A stretch of DNA of 64,000 bases from Amoebidium appalachense (taxonomy: Eukaryota; Protista; Ichthyosporea), in the NCBI GenBank assembly GCA_963693365.1, contig CAVNZM010000005.1, positions 2,284,342 to 2,348,341 on the forward strand. The letters run 5' to 3'. The translations under genes and the position numbers were made by a program. This document shows, piece by piece, positions 1 to 40,714 of the stretch (the stretch's first letter is position 1; each line of letters opens with the position of its first letter). Below the pieces are notes generated by a model. It did not search any database. It was not told where the DNA came from and was given only the letters and a program-made list of their open reading frames with translations.

Positions 1-3000
1 GGGGCCACTTAGCGTCCGTGGTTTTGTATCCGTGATTTTGTTGTGGTGGTTGTGTGTGTGTTGCCAAAGAGGGCGAAGTGGCCAAGGCCCGACATGGTGG
101 CAGAGAAAGCCAACGGGGTCAGAATCTAATTAGAAGATAACATTACTTTGGCTGTGCCCCGAGTCACTGTGCCTTCCCTCCCCGCGGGGCGCATGTGTAC
201 AGTACAGTACCGCCGCTTCCTACCACCTACTGAGGCGGTGTCTCCTTTCTTTCTTTTTTTTTTTTTTTACTTAAAAGGGCCGCCTGAGTAAATGTTAAAA
301 CGTCGCACGTGCGGCAACACGTCAGTACGTGTTAGCGCCGCTTCTGGCCATGGGGGGCCAGTCAAGTTGGCGCCAAATACTTTGAAGCGTACCAAATATG
401 GAAGTCGGACAAAAACAGACGTCATCTGCACGGTGACGACGCGTACGAAAAAGTTCAGAACAGAACACTTTATCTAATAAATAGTTGCGTCTACTTAGTT
501 GACGTGTTAACAAATGTTGCAGCTAATATGAAATAATAAGTGTTAACCCTGTTGCATCTAGATACTGTTGCTAGCACGTGACACAGGAAGGTAGGAACTT
601 TCAACTCACTTTCAAACACTGTACAACATGACGCACCGTTGGTTATTTTAAGGGGAACATGTAACTCGCAAAACAACATGCTTGTCAGTTCAGCGTTAGT
701 TGCAGCCGTTTAGTGCAGGTGAACCTCAGAGTGCTGAGGAAGTAAGCAAAAAAGAGAGCGGGCCGTAGCTTGATTGGTCAAGATGAAGACATTCGCGGTG
801 GTGGAAACGGGGCCGAGCATGGATGTGCATATTTTATGACCACCAGCAACTTGTGGCACGGTAAGTTCAGTGTTAGGCGTGTGGGTGTGCGCGAGTGAGT
901 GCGTGTTTCTGTACCTATGTGCGTGTATGGTAACAAGAAGTTGTCCGTGATGGGTTCTCGTGTGCGACAGCTCAGTCCTCTCAAATAAGTGGGTGTCGTA
1001 TAAGGGCGTGTGTACTCGTGCAAGTACTTGCTTGTGTTTGTGGGCTTGCTCATGATTTGTAATGCACATCTGCCTGCATGTATATATGCCGTAGTACCAG
1101 CGTATGCACGTTTATTGCTCTGCCGCAAGCTACCCGCACTGTATTTTGTTACCCAAAACTCTCGAGGCCTCTCTTCTCTTTCCCCCTCGCAGTTCCCCCC
1201 ACCCATCTCTCCGCACCCCCGCCCACTGCACTTCCGCGTGCAAAGCATGTAGGCCACAGATTGCCCTTCTTCTTCCATGGCACTACACAAGGATGAAGGA
1301 AGACAATCTCACAGCAGAAGGCACATGCACACCTAATTCGGTATTGCAACCACACTCATGCAGGTGCGCACGTATACACACAAGCGCGCGCGCACACACA
1401 CACACCCATCCACCCCCCCCCCCCCCCCCCCCCCCCCAACACGGTTTTTACGCACATGCGCGTGTGCACCTGCGCACACACACACAGCGCATCATACACA
1501 TACAGTACACACATCGGAATACACATTCGTGCCCTACCTCTTCTGAGTTTGCACTACTAAGATGCTTGTGACAGCAACCCCTTGTCCCCTTTCCTTTCCG
1601 GTACACTGTGTCACCCTCCCCGTCCTCCACCGTCTCACTCACTGAGGCTCAGTTTCTCCACTGCCATTTCTTTACGGCTCTTCTCATGACCTCGACTGAT
1701 TCTCCGGCAACATAGGCTATGTATCCAGTATAGGAGCCGTTCGGAACTGACCTGCCCCGACGTGTCTCTTGCAGTTGCAGTTTCCGTTGCTACTGCGCAA
1801 ACCTCCATGTGTGTGTACGCTTGTGTGCTCGTGCATCCTCCACTGCCGGGTGGTTTCGCACTATGTGTATGTGCACTTAGATGTTTGCATGCGATGCTAT
1901 TAAATACAAAACCTCAGTTGTCCTATATCTCTTTTTTGTTTGTACCGTACGTTAGTGTGCACGGTGGTGTGCCACAGGTGTGTTTGTGCACATGCAGAAG
2001 GGAAGCGCCAGAAGCGCCATTCTTGGTTAGCAAAACCAAGCCTTTACAGTCGGAAACATCCTGGAAGCCATGCCAATCCAATTGTTTGCCCCAGCGGGTG
2101 GCTTGATCCAAGTGTGAGTGTGAGCATGGGTTTTCTTAGCATGAGTGACTTGAAGGGATTAATTTCCAGGGCTCCTTAGCCAAGCAAACTCGATTTATTA
2201 TTATTGTTCCCCGTTGCACGTCAATAAAACAAACACAACCTAAAACGACCATGTCCAGCACCTCGTGCTCGAAAAGCCTCTGGTTGCAGATATATTTGCC
2301 CGGAAAAAGCACATCTGAGTGTGCAACTATCTTTGTAGTCGATAGGCAAGGCAGCATACACTCTTACCTGATTTCAGTATTATAATAATCTATGTCCATA
2401 TATACCGGAAAGAGCTATACATATTTCCATGCATGATCACACACGCTCCTGGATACATACATACCCACAGCATGCTTTTGCGCGAGAAAAAAAACGGACA
2501 CCCATCACTGATGGGAGGACATGATAAAAATAGCGACATGGCGCCTGGCCCACACACGCATTCCGCTAAGAAACAACCTTGGGAGACTGGCCTACAAATA
2601 GATGCTATCCTTCTGAACGATATAGCACTCCACGAGTGTTCTCCACGCGTTACCTTTTTCTTTGTATACAGGCGATATTTGCCTGCGCTTAAAGATACAA
2701 CCTTAGCTGAGGCCTCGAAACCATCATGCTGGGCTTGTGGTCTCCTTGCTGCCGTCATCTACCGCCGTGTCTTTGTGCTCCTGTGAAACATCACAATCAG
2801 AATTGAACCCCTCCTCACACTATATTTTAGGTCACCCGACACAACTAGTGGTAGATAGAGAGCTGTCAAAAATCGCCAGGTGTGGCATGCTTTCCCTCTT
2901 CCAGGGAGCCATGCACACCTTATCACATCAACATACACAAAAACACGCACGCACACAAGCGCATGTACATACACACCTGGTCGTCCTTGTTCGAGCGGCG

Positions 3001-3362
3001 TCTTGTGCGGCGATAGGGGGCAGCACGCACACACTTGCTGCACTGCTTGCACAGCCGCCGCCCTTTGTGGTAGCTCCGACTGATGGCTGCACATTCCTCT
3101 GCATGTGTACATATCTACTTGTCAGCTCACAGGGCAGGGCAGGCGGAGAGCGATGAAAAAAATTGATTATGAAACACGCAAGAATACAAACTCGAGCAAA
3201 CGAGAAAGGGAAAGATGAAGGAGTGGGTGCATCAACACAGCTGTGAAAGTATGACCGGAGTCAGGCAACCACACCTAATAGCTCGCACTCCCTACTCTTT
3301 GTCGTTAGAGAAGCAAAGAAATGCAGAAGTGATAAAAAAGATGAGTGAGGAAAAAAGTCTCG

Positions 3363-3708
3363 TTATAGCTTGCTCAAGCCGTCTTCTGTAGGCAGGCTAC
3401 TAGTAAAAATAAACAGTGTAGCGTCAAAGTCTGCCCGACTTCTCTCGTCCACAGTCTCCATCCACGCTAGCACTCACACTGCACACAGAGACTTGCACCT
3501 CCTTCCACTCTCCGCAACACACATATCTTCCACGTCCGCACAGAACACAGCATAGAAAAAAACACTCATCCCTCTCGCATCCACACAGACCATACATGGA
3601 CGTACCGTCCGAGCTCTCTGCGTCCTGTGCCAACGGCTCCACAAACTGCGGTGGGGCACCGCGCGACTTTTCAAGCCGATAGGACGTGTGGGTGGTGAGG
3701 TAGTTGAG
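3363..3708 (-). CDS. Two probable terminal exons of an unidentified gene (3606-3708 and 3363-3466); spliced product ends ...TEDGLSKL*
   Basis: Acceptor TGCAG, donor G|GTACGT and acceptor CTAG join in phase 1 to give LNYLTTHTSYRLEKSRGAPPQFVEPLAQDAESSD|AWMETVDERSRADFDATLFIFTSSLPTEDGLSKL*. No recognisable family; upstream exons not resolved. Confidence 0.3.
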
Positions 3709-4920
3709 CTGCACAGTGAGCACATATGCCATCTCCAAAGGGGAGACACGTACAGCAGGTAGGAGGTTGAGTGGAGAAAGTTACAAGGCTAAAGGGGAGA
3801 AGGGAAAAGGGAGTGCCTGCAGCTGCGGCAGAAATTAGGTGAGTGGGTGTGGAGCTAACGTGCAAATCAAGGCAAAGAAGTTTCTTGAAGATCGTTTTCT
3901 TGAGAAAATCGGGTCGCGAGCGTGTATGTGCTGGGTATCATCAGTGTTGTCCGTAGCTGCCTTGGAGTTGACCAATTACTTCCGCTTACTTCAGTACTTC
4001 CGGAGATTGAGATTTCAGACTTATTACAGTGTTATTTGCCCGAAAAGATCGGTGGAGAAGGTAGTGGTTAGAAGTTTGAAACAAAGCAACAAACGCCAAT
4101 AAAATAATGGCGTATATGAATGTCGAAGAAGCGAAGACATAGGAAAGGCACCACCCAGAAGGAAACGTAAAGAAAAAAAGTAAGTGAATCCTTTCTTTCA
4201 CTTCACCGAGAATCTGTCGCTGTGCGGATCGTGGGAGCTTTCGCAATAGAAAAGTTGAATCCCCACCAATCAGAAATGCTGCCCATGGCACGAAAGATTC
4301 GGTGGTCGGGGGGATCTAATCTCGATATCTAACTAAAAACGATTTGTCAGTACCGGTAGGAACGGTATGGGAAGACTTATCTCATATGACACTCTTGATA
4401 GCCAACACCTACTCTATGGCATGAGGCATCCTTTTTTTTTTTTTTTTAAGTTTGTTTCTCATGTAATTTTGATTTTCTATCATAAAACAGGAAGTATGTA
4501 CTTCCACTGTTAGTGCGTATCTATTTTTTCACATCCGGTTTGTTGGCGCCGTTCAACGGTGGCACGCCCGAAAGATACTGGAATTTGGTGTTTCGGGGTT
4601 TTTCACAGTGAGCCACTCTCTCCCTGCAAGCTGATTGGTCACAGACATTAGTGAGCCATTTAGCGCCAGCCAATCACAGTGGGACGGTAGCCAAGCATGT
4701 CCTGGGCAAGCGGCAAGTCAGATGGGGTTTACGCTGTTTACTCGAGGCAAAGAGAACCAGTCTCAGGTATGGGGGGGGGGGGGTTTTGCTCGGAATATCC
4801 CCTCAGCGGTATATCATGATCACGTACATAGATGTCGGGTGGTGACTATATATCAGGGTTTACTTTCTCTACGAGACACCATAAAGACTACAAGGAGAAA
4901 TCAATTAGTTGGGGTTCCCC

Positions 4921-4989
<69 letters not shown>

Positions 4990-5021
4990 GGGCTCCCCTC
5001 GGGACACTCGGTATCAGCTGG

Positions 5022-5088
<67 letters not shown>

Positions 5089-5092
5089 TGCG

Positions 5093-8000
5093 CTATAATT
5101 TTGTAGTGATGTGTTTCTCAAGCCAATCAATACATCTAATAAACAGGTCGTAGTTACGCGTGTTTAGTATAAAATCAAGGATGTTGTAATTTACAGGTAG
5201 GCTATCTTTCTGGGTGTCTGTTGTGAATGTGACGTGTGTGTGTTGCGGTATTATGTGGTCTATCAAACTACATTTGGCGATACATGACCGGTTAAACTGG
5301 TGTGTGTGTGTGTTGTTTGGGCATGCAAATGATGCCACCTTATACTTATTAGATCTCCACTGTATAGCACGTGTACAGTAAAAGCGTGGTAATTGATCAA
5401 TAATACCATCAGCTAGAGAAAGACCAGTTCTACAGGAAGGTAATATGTATTTAGGTGTTATACACTTGCGAGTGCCATATTTGGCAATATGGTTGAGGCG
5501 GTCAGTATATATAAAACGAGACATAAGGCTTAGTTTTTCAAGGTGTATGCTTTCATCGGGTCTAGTGTCGTGTGGTATCTTTTTTCCATTTGTTATATTG
5601 CGTGATTATCTTGTGATTGTGTACATGTTTAATAAGTAAGTGGCAGTCCAAAGTCACACACACACTATTGCGGGGTTTATTTGTATTTGTGCCCAGGGGA
5701 GAAGGGGAGAGAGAGGGGAGGAAAGAGGGGAGAGGTGAGGAGGGGACAGGTCGGATAGAGAAGAGAGGGTGGGAGGGCAAATACTTCTTTAAGCGGCTTA
5801 TGTGCTTATTGAATTTCAGCGCGAGATAGGATACTCTAGCAGCTATTGGGACCAGACCATATATCGAGAGCGTTACAGGCCCAGGTTTACAACAGTTGTT
5901 AGATAGAAAGGAGGCAACTTCTGCTTCAAGGAAATTTGCCAAGGGTTTAAGCGCTCTAGTTCTCTCTTTCTTGATCCAAGCGGCGAGAAGGGGTAAACCA
6001 TATTCACATGCCGGGAAGACAAAAGTGCGAATAAATGTAAGTCTAATAGAAGGATGGAGGGGTGTGTCTTTAAAAATATTAGCCGAGAAGAAAGCTAACC
6101 GCTTACGAGCCAACTCTACCCTCTTTTCGACCATATGGGGAAACATAACACCAACAGAATCAACCGGAACACCAAGATATTTGTATTCTGGAACTATAGG
6201 TACAGGTTTAGATGATAATGTAAATGTGTGTAAATTGTTAGCTATATCAGGTACAAGAACACCACATTTGTCTATGTTAAGGATCATAAGGTTTGCCTTG
6301 CACCACTCTGACACTACATCGAACAATCTTTGCAGGCGTCTAGGGGTACGGGCAAGGAGGGACAGATCATCAGCATAGAGAAGTGCAGGCGGAAAGTTAT
6401 TAATAGGGTCATCGTTTTCGGCGTAAATCTTGACAGCCAAATCATCTATAAATAGGTTAAACAAAAAGGGGCTAAGCAATGAACCCTGCAAGAGACCTCT
6501 AGTACGAGCAAAACCATATGAAAGATGCCCATTAACCACAGCTCTACCATAGGTTTGAGACAAGAGTGCTTCTAACAGAACACCAATGCAGTGTGGTACA
6601 CCCCGTGCAGCAAGCTTTTCCCATAGGAGACCAGGGGAGACAGAATCGTAAGCAGTTTTCCAATCAATAAAGCCAACATATTGTGCACCAACTTGCATAG
6701 AATCGTGCAGTGCCATTATTTGAACATAACATGAATTGTTTTTACGAAAAGCGGATTGGCATGGGTGTATGTGAAGAATAGATTGAAACCTAGGGTGATG
6801 TGCAAATAACCTAAGTAAGCAAGCTTCAAAGAATCTACGAACAACCTGGGTTAGTGTAATGGGGCGAAAGGATGATATGGGGCCCTCAGAGTCCTTCTTA
6901 ACTATGGGGATCACTAAGGTATCTAACCAAGATGACGGGACATGTCCACATTTAACACACCAAGAAAAGAGAGAGCTTAACATGATAGTAAGATCAGGTT
7001 TAATAGCACGATCACTTTCCTTTTGTGGGTAGGAGGGAACAAGGATTTTAAGAAACCCAGCAGGGAGTCCATCAGGTCCACAAGACTTACTAGAGCTATA
7101 ACTAGATATCACAGACCATATGGCATCGGGACTGAAAAAGGGGAGGATCGATTCTATGGGGATAGATGGGTCTACAGGCCACACAATAGGTTTCTGAGCG
7201 GGGGTCCTATCTTTAAACAGTTCCGAGAAATACTTATCAGAGTCTATGAGGGGGTCTCCAGTGGTATCACCAATAATACGAGCAGGGGGGCCAAATCGAT
7301 TCATACTAGCAAGCCGGCGCAAGCTTTCCTTTTGAGACAGGGGTTCACCTAGTCTAGCGGGAGTGGTGTTTGGTAACAAGAGAGCATCGGGATATTCCTT
7401 CCTACCACCGCCAGCATAATCACCGAGATCTATCAAATCATCAACAATAAAGTTAGTGCATGTATCTAGTACGAGATGTGAATCTGGCCTGGCTTGTGCA
7501 GATTCTAATAGGCGCATATATATAGGGTGTTTCGTAGCATAGCATACACATACATCAACTCTACCCCACTGTGACTTAAGCTGGGATAGACGGAGGCGAA
7601 AGGTGGGAGGGGGAGGGGGGAGCAGATCAAGGGAGATCTTAGGTAGGAAAAGGATAGGAGAGTGGTCAGATGACCTAGAGAGGTTAGGAGGGAGAGAGAG
7701 TTTTGACATGGTTGATGGCCAAAAGGCCACTCCCCAGTCGGTGTTGTGGGCATGGGATATTTGAGGGAACCGCAAAGTGTGACTTTGGACATACCTTGCT
7801 AAAGGGATAGCACGCTCCGGGGGCTTAGATGGGTACCCGACACTCACTTGCAGTGTGTCTGTGTGGTGGAGTCGCGTGTTAAAATCACCTAAAATAACAG
7901 TGGACATTGGTAACTGTGACAACTCGTGAGTCAATTCGACAACCGACATAGATGGTGGGTAATATACAAAAGTAAAAAACATTAGAAAGAAACTCTATAG

Positions 8001-8289
8001 AAACCGAGAATTCCGTTTTTGCTACCGGTTTGCACTTCACTCTCACGTGTGGTGCGGCAAGTACAATAATGCCTCGGTTTTTCGCGTAACCGGGGTGTGT
8101 GGATGTGTCGACCAATGTAGAGTTGAATTTGTGGTGGTTTTTAAACTGTGTTTCGCAAATCACTGTAAACGTGTGGTTGTTTGTCTGTTGTTGTATGTAG
8201 CTGATTTTATCGTCGAGTGTCCCGGGGGGGAGGCCCTTTTGGGGGCCCAGTGTCCGAGCATTCCAGAAGAAGAAGGATAAATTAGGCAT
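5093..8289 (-). CDS. LINE ORF2 (APE-RT-Cys-containing C-terminal domain), split into three ORFs by two +1 frameshifts
   Basis: ORFs 7885-8289, 5562-7982 and 5093-5524 join into one frame if one base is removed from each of two 6-nt homopolymers (7974-7979 and 5580-5585), giving ...SNVFTFVYYPP... and ...KWKKIPHDTRP... Confidence 0.85.
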
Positions 8290-8450
8290 CGGTTTGGTCC
8301 GACACCTGTGGGGTTGGTTCCCACTTGTCGCTTACGGGGTCGTATGCACGACCTTCCGCCAGCGCGAACAGTTCGCAGAAGAGCTCGATTTCCATCTCGC
8401 ATCGGCGTTTGCGCTCGAGCAGTTTCTCACCAGAAAACATTGGTTTACAA

Positions 8451-8452
<2 letters not shown>
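8282..8452 (-). CDS. Probable C-terminal remnant of LINE ORF1 overlapping the ORF2 start
   Basis: Open frame ...MFSGEKLLERKRRCEMEIELFCELFALAEGRAYDPVSDKWEPTPQVSDQTDA* ends in GATGCCTAA, which contains the ORF2 ATG (8289). Upstream it runs into poly-C and (TC)n tracts. Confidence 0.45.
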
Positions 8453-8490
<38 letters not shown>

Positions 8491-8527
8491 AGACAGAGAG
8501 AGAGAGAGTCTGCAGGAGAGAGAGAGC

Positions 8528-8623
<96 letters not shown>

Positions 8624-8740
8624 GAGGAGAGAGAGTGAGAAAGAGAGGGGAGGATGAGTTGGAGAGAGAGAGAGAGGGAGAGGGAGGGAGAGGGGGGAGA
8701 AGGGGGATAGAGAGGAGAGAGAGAGAGAGAGAGAGAGAGG
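8451..8740. repeat. Poly-G followed by (GA)n microsatellite
   Basis: Directly visible. Confidence 0.9.
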
Positions 8741-9413
8741 AGCGCGTCAGGGAGAGAGCGGAAGAGGGAGGGGGGAGGAGACAGAGCAGTGGGTTTAGAC
8801 ACGGTGAGTTCGTGGGTGCCAGCCTTTACCTGTGATGCAGGTGCCACACAAGGGGGGACGTGTTTGCCCGCTACAAGGGCAGGAAAAGCAATGAAGAAGG
8901 TAAGTAATGGCGGGCCGTATTAGGGAACAAGCGGAGACACAAAGAGCGATAAGTGTGGGCGGGAGGGGGGCAGATGCGGAGTGGGGGGGGGGGGGGGGGG
9001 GGGGGGGGAGGTAGTCATATGTCAACAGGGTGCATATTGGAGGAGAGAGATGACACCTGACAGAGAGATTGGTAAAGCCATATAAGTTGTAATGATGGTG
9101 GTGATGACGGTGGTTGTGTGTATGTGTGCGAGGTAAGCAAGATAGCGGACTATATATGCGCTTTAATGAATATTTCGACTTCACACATACACCACCCATA
9201 TGTATACAAATTACGCGACACCACCGTCGAGCTTACCGTTGTATACTCGAAGATTGTGCTGTGTTGACAATTTAGATTAGAGCGAAACACTCCTACTTTG
9301 CTAAAAGAGCAACATAAAGGAACATCGGTAAAAAAGGCTACACATGGCCCAAATAAATTGCTGTTTCTAAAAAGCCCCTCGGTGTGCATGTGTGCGGTAC
9401 CGGCACTCTTTTG

Positions 9414-9444
<31 letters not shown>

Positions 9445-10604
9445 TTCCCCCCCCCCCCCCCCCCCCCCCTCCTCCCTCCCTCCCTCCCTCCTCCTTCCCG
9501 CCCCGGCCCGGTGCAATAAATGTGCACGTGTGCCCTTTTTTGCGGTTTATTATAACCCGTGCGTGCATACTTTGTCATTGTGTATCGCCATGGATCGATG
9601 TGCTTAGGGGTCGTGTACTTTGAAGGAAAGTATGTTTTTTGTGTCAGTCGACAATAGCTATGTTCTGAGTGACTTGCTTCTTGATCTATGAGCTATAAAA
9701 GAGGAACAGGGGCAAAGAGGATTTAGCCGTGGGGCCGGGCACCTAATGTGGATGGCACATGACATATGGGTCTATTTTCAGGTACTTTTATTGCCCTGGT
9801 GCCTTGGCAGCATATGTACACCCTTTCCATACCCAAACATAGTCAATTTATCACAAATTACCAGAAAGATTTTATCATATCTGCCAAAAACCGGAAGGAG
9901 CCTTTATCAAGTTGCCCATTCATGCATTACAGCAGCACATACACATCATTATAAACATTCTTCAGCGCCAGACATTCATGAGCTCACACTCGTTCCGTCA
10001 GGCATGCATAGTTTCACATACATTCATTCAGGTTTAAGAGCAACCCCCCCCCCCCCCCCCCCCCTCCTTCCCCCCCCTTTCCCTTCTCCACCCAACGACC
10101 CACACCCATTTCGACCCGAATACCGCCCTGCTTGTTACAATACACGAACGGTGTAAACTCGATCTGCCTTGACATGGCTCCATCCAATCACACCAAGGCC
10201 CTTGTCACGTGACCAGCCATGGTGTTGAGCAGCGGTGGTGCTGTTACTTGGCCACCCGTCAGCGCTCCCAGCTGTTCAAAGCAACCCCCCCCCCCCCCCC
10301 CCCCCCCTCCCCGCTTCCCCTTTCTCTCTCTTCTCTCTCTCTCCCCCTCCCCCCCCCCTCCCCCCTCCCCCCCCCCACACATACACATACACACCACCAC
10401 CACCACCACAGACACACACACACACCACAAAAACACTTCCTGCAGGGACCCACATTCTACATTTTCTTTTTCCCTTGTTGGGGCATTCGGTTACATGCCA
10501 GTTACACAGAGAAAGATAAACGATTAGTGCCGAGTATCAATGTTTTGCCTGTGTGGTTGTGTGGATTGATCTGCAGGGTTGCGTTTGGTCATACACAAAT
10601 GTGC

Positions 10605-10651
<47 letters not shown>

Positions 10652-10836
10652 GGTGTGTATGTGTGTGTGTGCGGGTGTGTATGTGTGTGTGACCGTGCCG
10701 ACCAACATGTGTTCAAATGTGGGGTGTAGACATTTTCCCTCACGGGAAGGGGGGGAGGGGGGGGGAGGGGGGGAACAGGCAAGTTGCGGCACTCAAACAC
10801 AACTCGGAAATTGGTGGTGGTGGTGGTGGTGGTGGT

Positions 10837-10868
<32 letters not shown>

Positions 10869-11389
10869 GGGGGAGGGGGGGAGGGGGAGGGAGGGGAGGG
10901 GGGGGGGGGGGGGGGGGTACCATTTGATTGTATGTCTTTGCAAGAAGATATTTTATCTAGAAGGCCATGGAAAGCGTGCAGATGTGAGGGGGGTAGCCAA
11001 TCATCTCCGTTTTGAACCCACAAAACACAGAGGTAGGAGAGGAGAGATGCCTCTGCATCCTGTACGTTTCATGTTTGCACTGTTAGCTGCTCGTGCATCT
11101 TGCATTCGGCCATGTTTGAGCAGAAATTCGTGAACATACTTGTATGCATTACAACTTCGTACACTTTCTGGCTGATGGGTTATGAGCGTTAAAAAAAAAA
11201 AAAAAAAAAATGGCGGATGTTTTGACCAGCCTCTTTGACCAGCCTCCCCCCCCCCCCCCAAAGTTCTCCTGCTCAACACACGTTCACGTGTCCACACACA
11301 CTGTGCACACACGCACATGGACATGCACACGCACGATTGCACACGCGCCCACGCGCGCGCGCGCCCACACACACGCAAAAATTCCACAT

Positions 11390-19600
<8,211 letters not shown>

Positions 19601-19684
19601 GTGTGCTTAGGTGCTAATTAGCTGGGCGTAGAGATAGTATGCTTATTGGGTAGTTGTGGTAGATGGGACAGTGCATGTGCGGAG

Positions 19685-19727
<43 letters not shown>

Positions 19728-20187
19728 GGGGATATAGCAATATGCAGACAGATTGAGGGACGACGAATACCACCTGCTGCTAATCTGCCAAGCATATAAT
19801 TCGTTGGGGTAGCAAGAATTTTAATAGTCTCGATCAAAAATATTGCCTTAGTTTTCGAGCTATCCGATTGGTAGAAAGTGTAGCAATTGAAAGGCTGTGA
19901 ACCAATAAAATGCTCTCGACGATAATGGACATCTAAGAATGAGATTGTCAGTGAGGCCGGATCGCTACCGTCTCTAGCTAAAAAGAGCCATTTTGTCGTA
20001 GGATTTTATGCGTATATGTAATTGTAATTTTATTGTTTTTATTTTTCTTATTCTGTGTGATTTTTATTTATTTATTCCATCTTATTTATCGCTTTACACT
20101 ATCACTTAGCAAGTTGGGTCGTTTAGGCAGCCCGGCAGATGCCTTAGATTTAGCGAGCTGCTATTGGTCACTTTCGATCGAGACTAT

Positions 20188-37553
<17,366 letters not shown>

Positions 37554-37879
37554 AGTGTGGGTGTCGAAGGGCGCCTGTGTTTGTGTGACATGGCGAAACA
37601 AACTGTATGTGTCTCCTGAAAACGCGAGAAAAGCATGTATGCCGAGAAGCACCGTGTCGAAAAGACTGGTTGATAAAACTAGGCACCACTAGTAGCGACG
37701 AGAGCAGATAAGTTTGTCTCTATGTGCCACAGGCGGACACTACTCATCTATTGGCGTGACCTTGACGTCTTTAAGTAATGAGCATTTGTTTAGGATGTGT
37801 TTGTTACACCTTCGTTTTCAATTCCATCTTTTCACTAGCAGGGCCTCGGTCCAAAATAAGCATATCTTCCATACCGAGC

Positions 37880-38500
<621 letters not shown>

Positions 38501-40679
38501 CGTATCATGAACGACCACAACTTAGCACCATCGCCAAAGACAAAGTCTATCTCTCGATCTCTCTCTCGAGTCCTCTGTACATATATGTCCCTCCGGATAT
38601 GGAGACAGCTTATGAGCGCCCGGATCCCCGGCAGATCTTGAAGCCTATGACGTCATTGTTGTCTCTCCACCAGTGAAGTCTATGGAGGGGGGTGCGGCAT
38701 GCCAGGAGCTACTACTAGAGAGAAGGGGGGGGTATGATTGGAGGGGGGGGTGTTCAGCTAACCTTATATGGATAAAGCAAAGTTACAAGGATTCAAGCCA
38801 TTGGTTGGGCAAGACCCCTTTTGCCGAATATGGATAACAGATCATACACTGCTGTAGGCGGCGGTCAGGAATTGGCGCGCTCTTTACTGGTCACAACCAG
38901 TCCGGGAAGGCCATGAGCAGCATTGCCGAGCACACTGGAATACGGGAATGTTTGCGGTAACGTAGTCGCACTAGGGGGGCAGGGGGCCAGGCCCCAAGTG
39001 TTTAAAATGAAGCCAGGCTGCCCTAAGGGCACAACACAGCGCCCTGGGCATAAAACAGGCGGAGCTAGGGAGGGAGCTGGGCGCAAAAAAAAAGATGCTG
39101 CATTTGTTCAGCCTTTAGCGAACTTTGCAGGTTTTGGGACGGCAAACAAAGCTGTTTTGCAGGAACTAAACGTAAACGTACAACCCGAACAGCCCCCTCT
39201 ATCTAAGGCCGCCGACATAAGGGCCCGTGTAGTTGAGGCAGGTAGCGTCCATTCGTTACCAAGAGAAATGGATCGGGCCCCTGCTCCACACCCACCAGAC
39301 ATACAGGTGCAACCCGACGAGGAACCTTTGCTAAATGCAGCAGCAGATGCGTACCGGGTAGACGAGGATGAAGGGGAGGAAGAGGGAGAAGATAATACGG
39401 ACGGGGATGACGGTGGAGAGGAGTTTTCTGACGCGGCGGGCGAAACAATCAAGTCGCACCTGCACACAGTGAAAGAGAGTCTCAAAGATGAGAAGACGCC
39501 TGTGGGGTGGCATCTTCCACCTCCCATTATAGGCTTTAAATTTGGGGGCGATCCAGCGCCTTTCTACAAACCCAGATGTTTTGCCTGGCTTCCGGAAAGG
39601 TTGTCTCCCGGTTTCATGGTGCCGTGCCCCTTCGATGATCACTACGTGGACCCCCACAACCACCCCAACCCACACCGTACTTCTCGCAATGGGTTCATGA
39701 GCAACCCCGTAGGACGGCGTGTTATCGACTTTGACAGCTGCTACTACATTATCACGGCCCGGTACTTTTGTGACACATGCAAAAAAAACTTTGCCGGCAC
39801 AAACCCCCAGACAATTAAACGCCTTCCACTCTTCATGCGTGATCAGTTTCCGGCCTACCTTAGCCACCGCAGTGGGCTCGACCTAAAGGTGGTAACATTG
39901 TTGCGTGCACTGGCAGACAAAGGTGTGGGCCCAAACGCCTTTGCCACCCTCCTCTCGGAGCTCCACAAGCAGCGATACGACGAGCAGCGGCTCCTGTATT
40001 ACTCGAGGGCGCTGCATTGGACCAAGTATGAACTCAAAAAGCGTAACGATTTCCGCCCCCACGACCAGCGCCTGACAGAACTTCCCCCAGAGGAGCAGGC
40101 GGCTAAGTTCTCGGCGTTTGGTGACAAAAATGGTTACGCTGGACATGTGCCTTCAGGCAAGTGTGCACTGCATTTTGGGTGTGTAAATGGTCCCCATTGT
40201 TTTGTATGCACGTGCTTGGGCATTTTTTGGGTTGGCTTGGTAGGGTTTTGTTTTATTATTTTTTATTTTTTTTTTAGGGGGGGGGGGGACTTGGAAATGG
40301 GTTTTGGAAGTGTGGTCAATAAGTTTCTATTATGGTGGTGGTGGATGTGTGGTGGTGGATGTGCGCCTGTGAGTGTGCGTGTACTTGTGGGTCCGTGTGT
40401 GTGTGTGTGTGTGTGGGGAGGGGGGGGGGGGGAGGGGGAGGGGGGAATGGTGATGGATTAGGTGGTGGTGGTGGCAATCAGTCATGGTGGTGGTGGTGGT
40501 GGTGGTGGTGGGGGGGGGGGGGGGGGGGGGGGAGGGCAGAGGGATCATCAGAGGGGTGAAAGCATAACGGTCCATGTACCAGTGAGTGTGCTTGGGAAAT
40601 CGTGGAGAACTGTTATGCCTGAAATTAGATGGTGGGTGTGCGCATGTGTGTCTGTGTGTGTTGGGGGAAAGGAGGTGGA

Positions 40680-40714
<35 letters not shown>

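Larger units (their letters stand above)
4922..8452 (-). mobile_element. Non-LTR (LINE-type) retrotransposon with APE endonuclease, reverse transcriptase and poly(A) tail
   Basis: APE motifs FFWNART, ICETQ, ILGDFN, SDHSP; RT motifs KSCGPDG, FRPITL, QSAF, FIDWKTAYDSV, GLLQGSLLSPFLF, LYADDL, YKYLGV. The 3' UTR contains a (CA)n tract and ends in a ~64-nt poly(A) (T-run 4922-4985 on +). The 5' boundary is uncertain and no TSD was found. Confidence 0.95.

Noticed and set aside
3986-4291. P2X-receptor-like N-terminus with a transmembrane segment
   Set aside because: No usable splice acceptor joins the pieces, and the diagnostic YxTxK and downstream motifs are missing.
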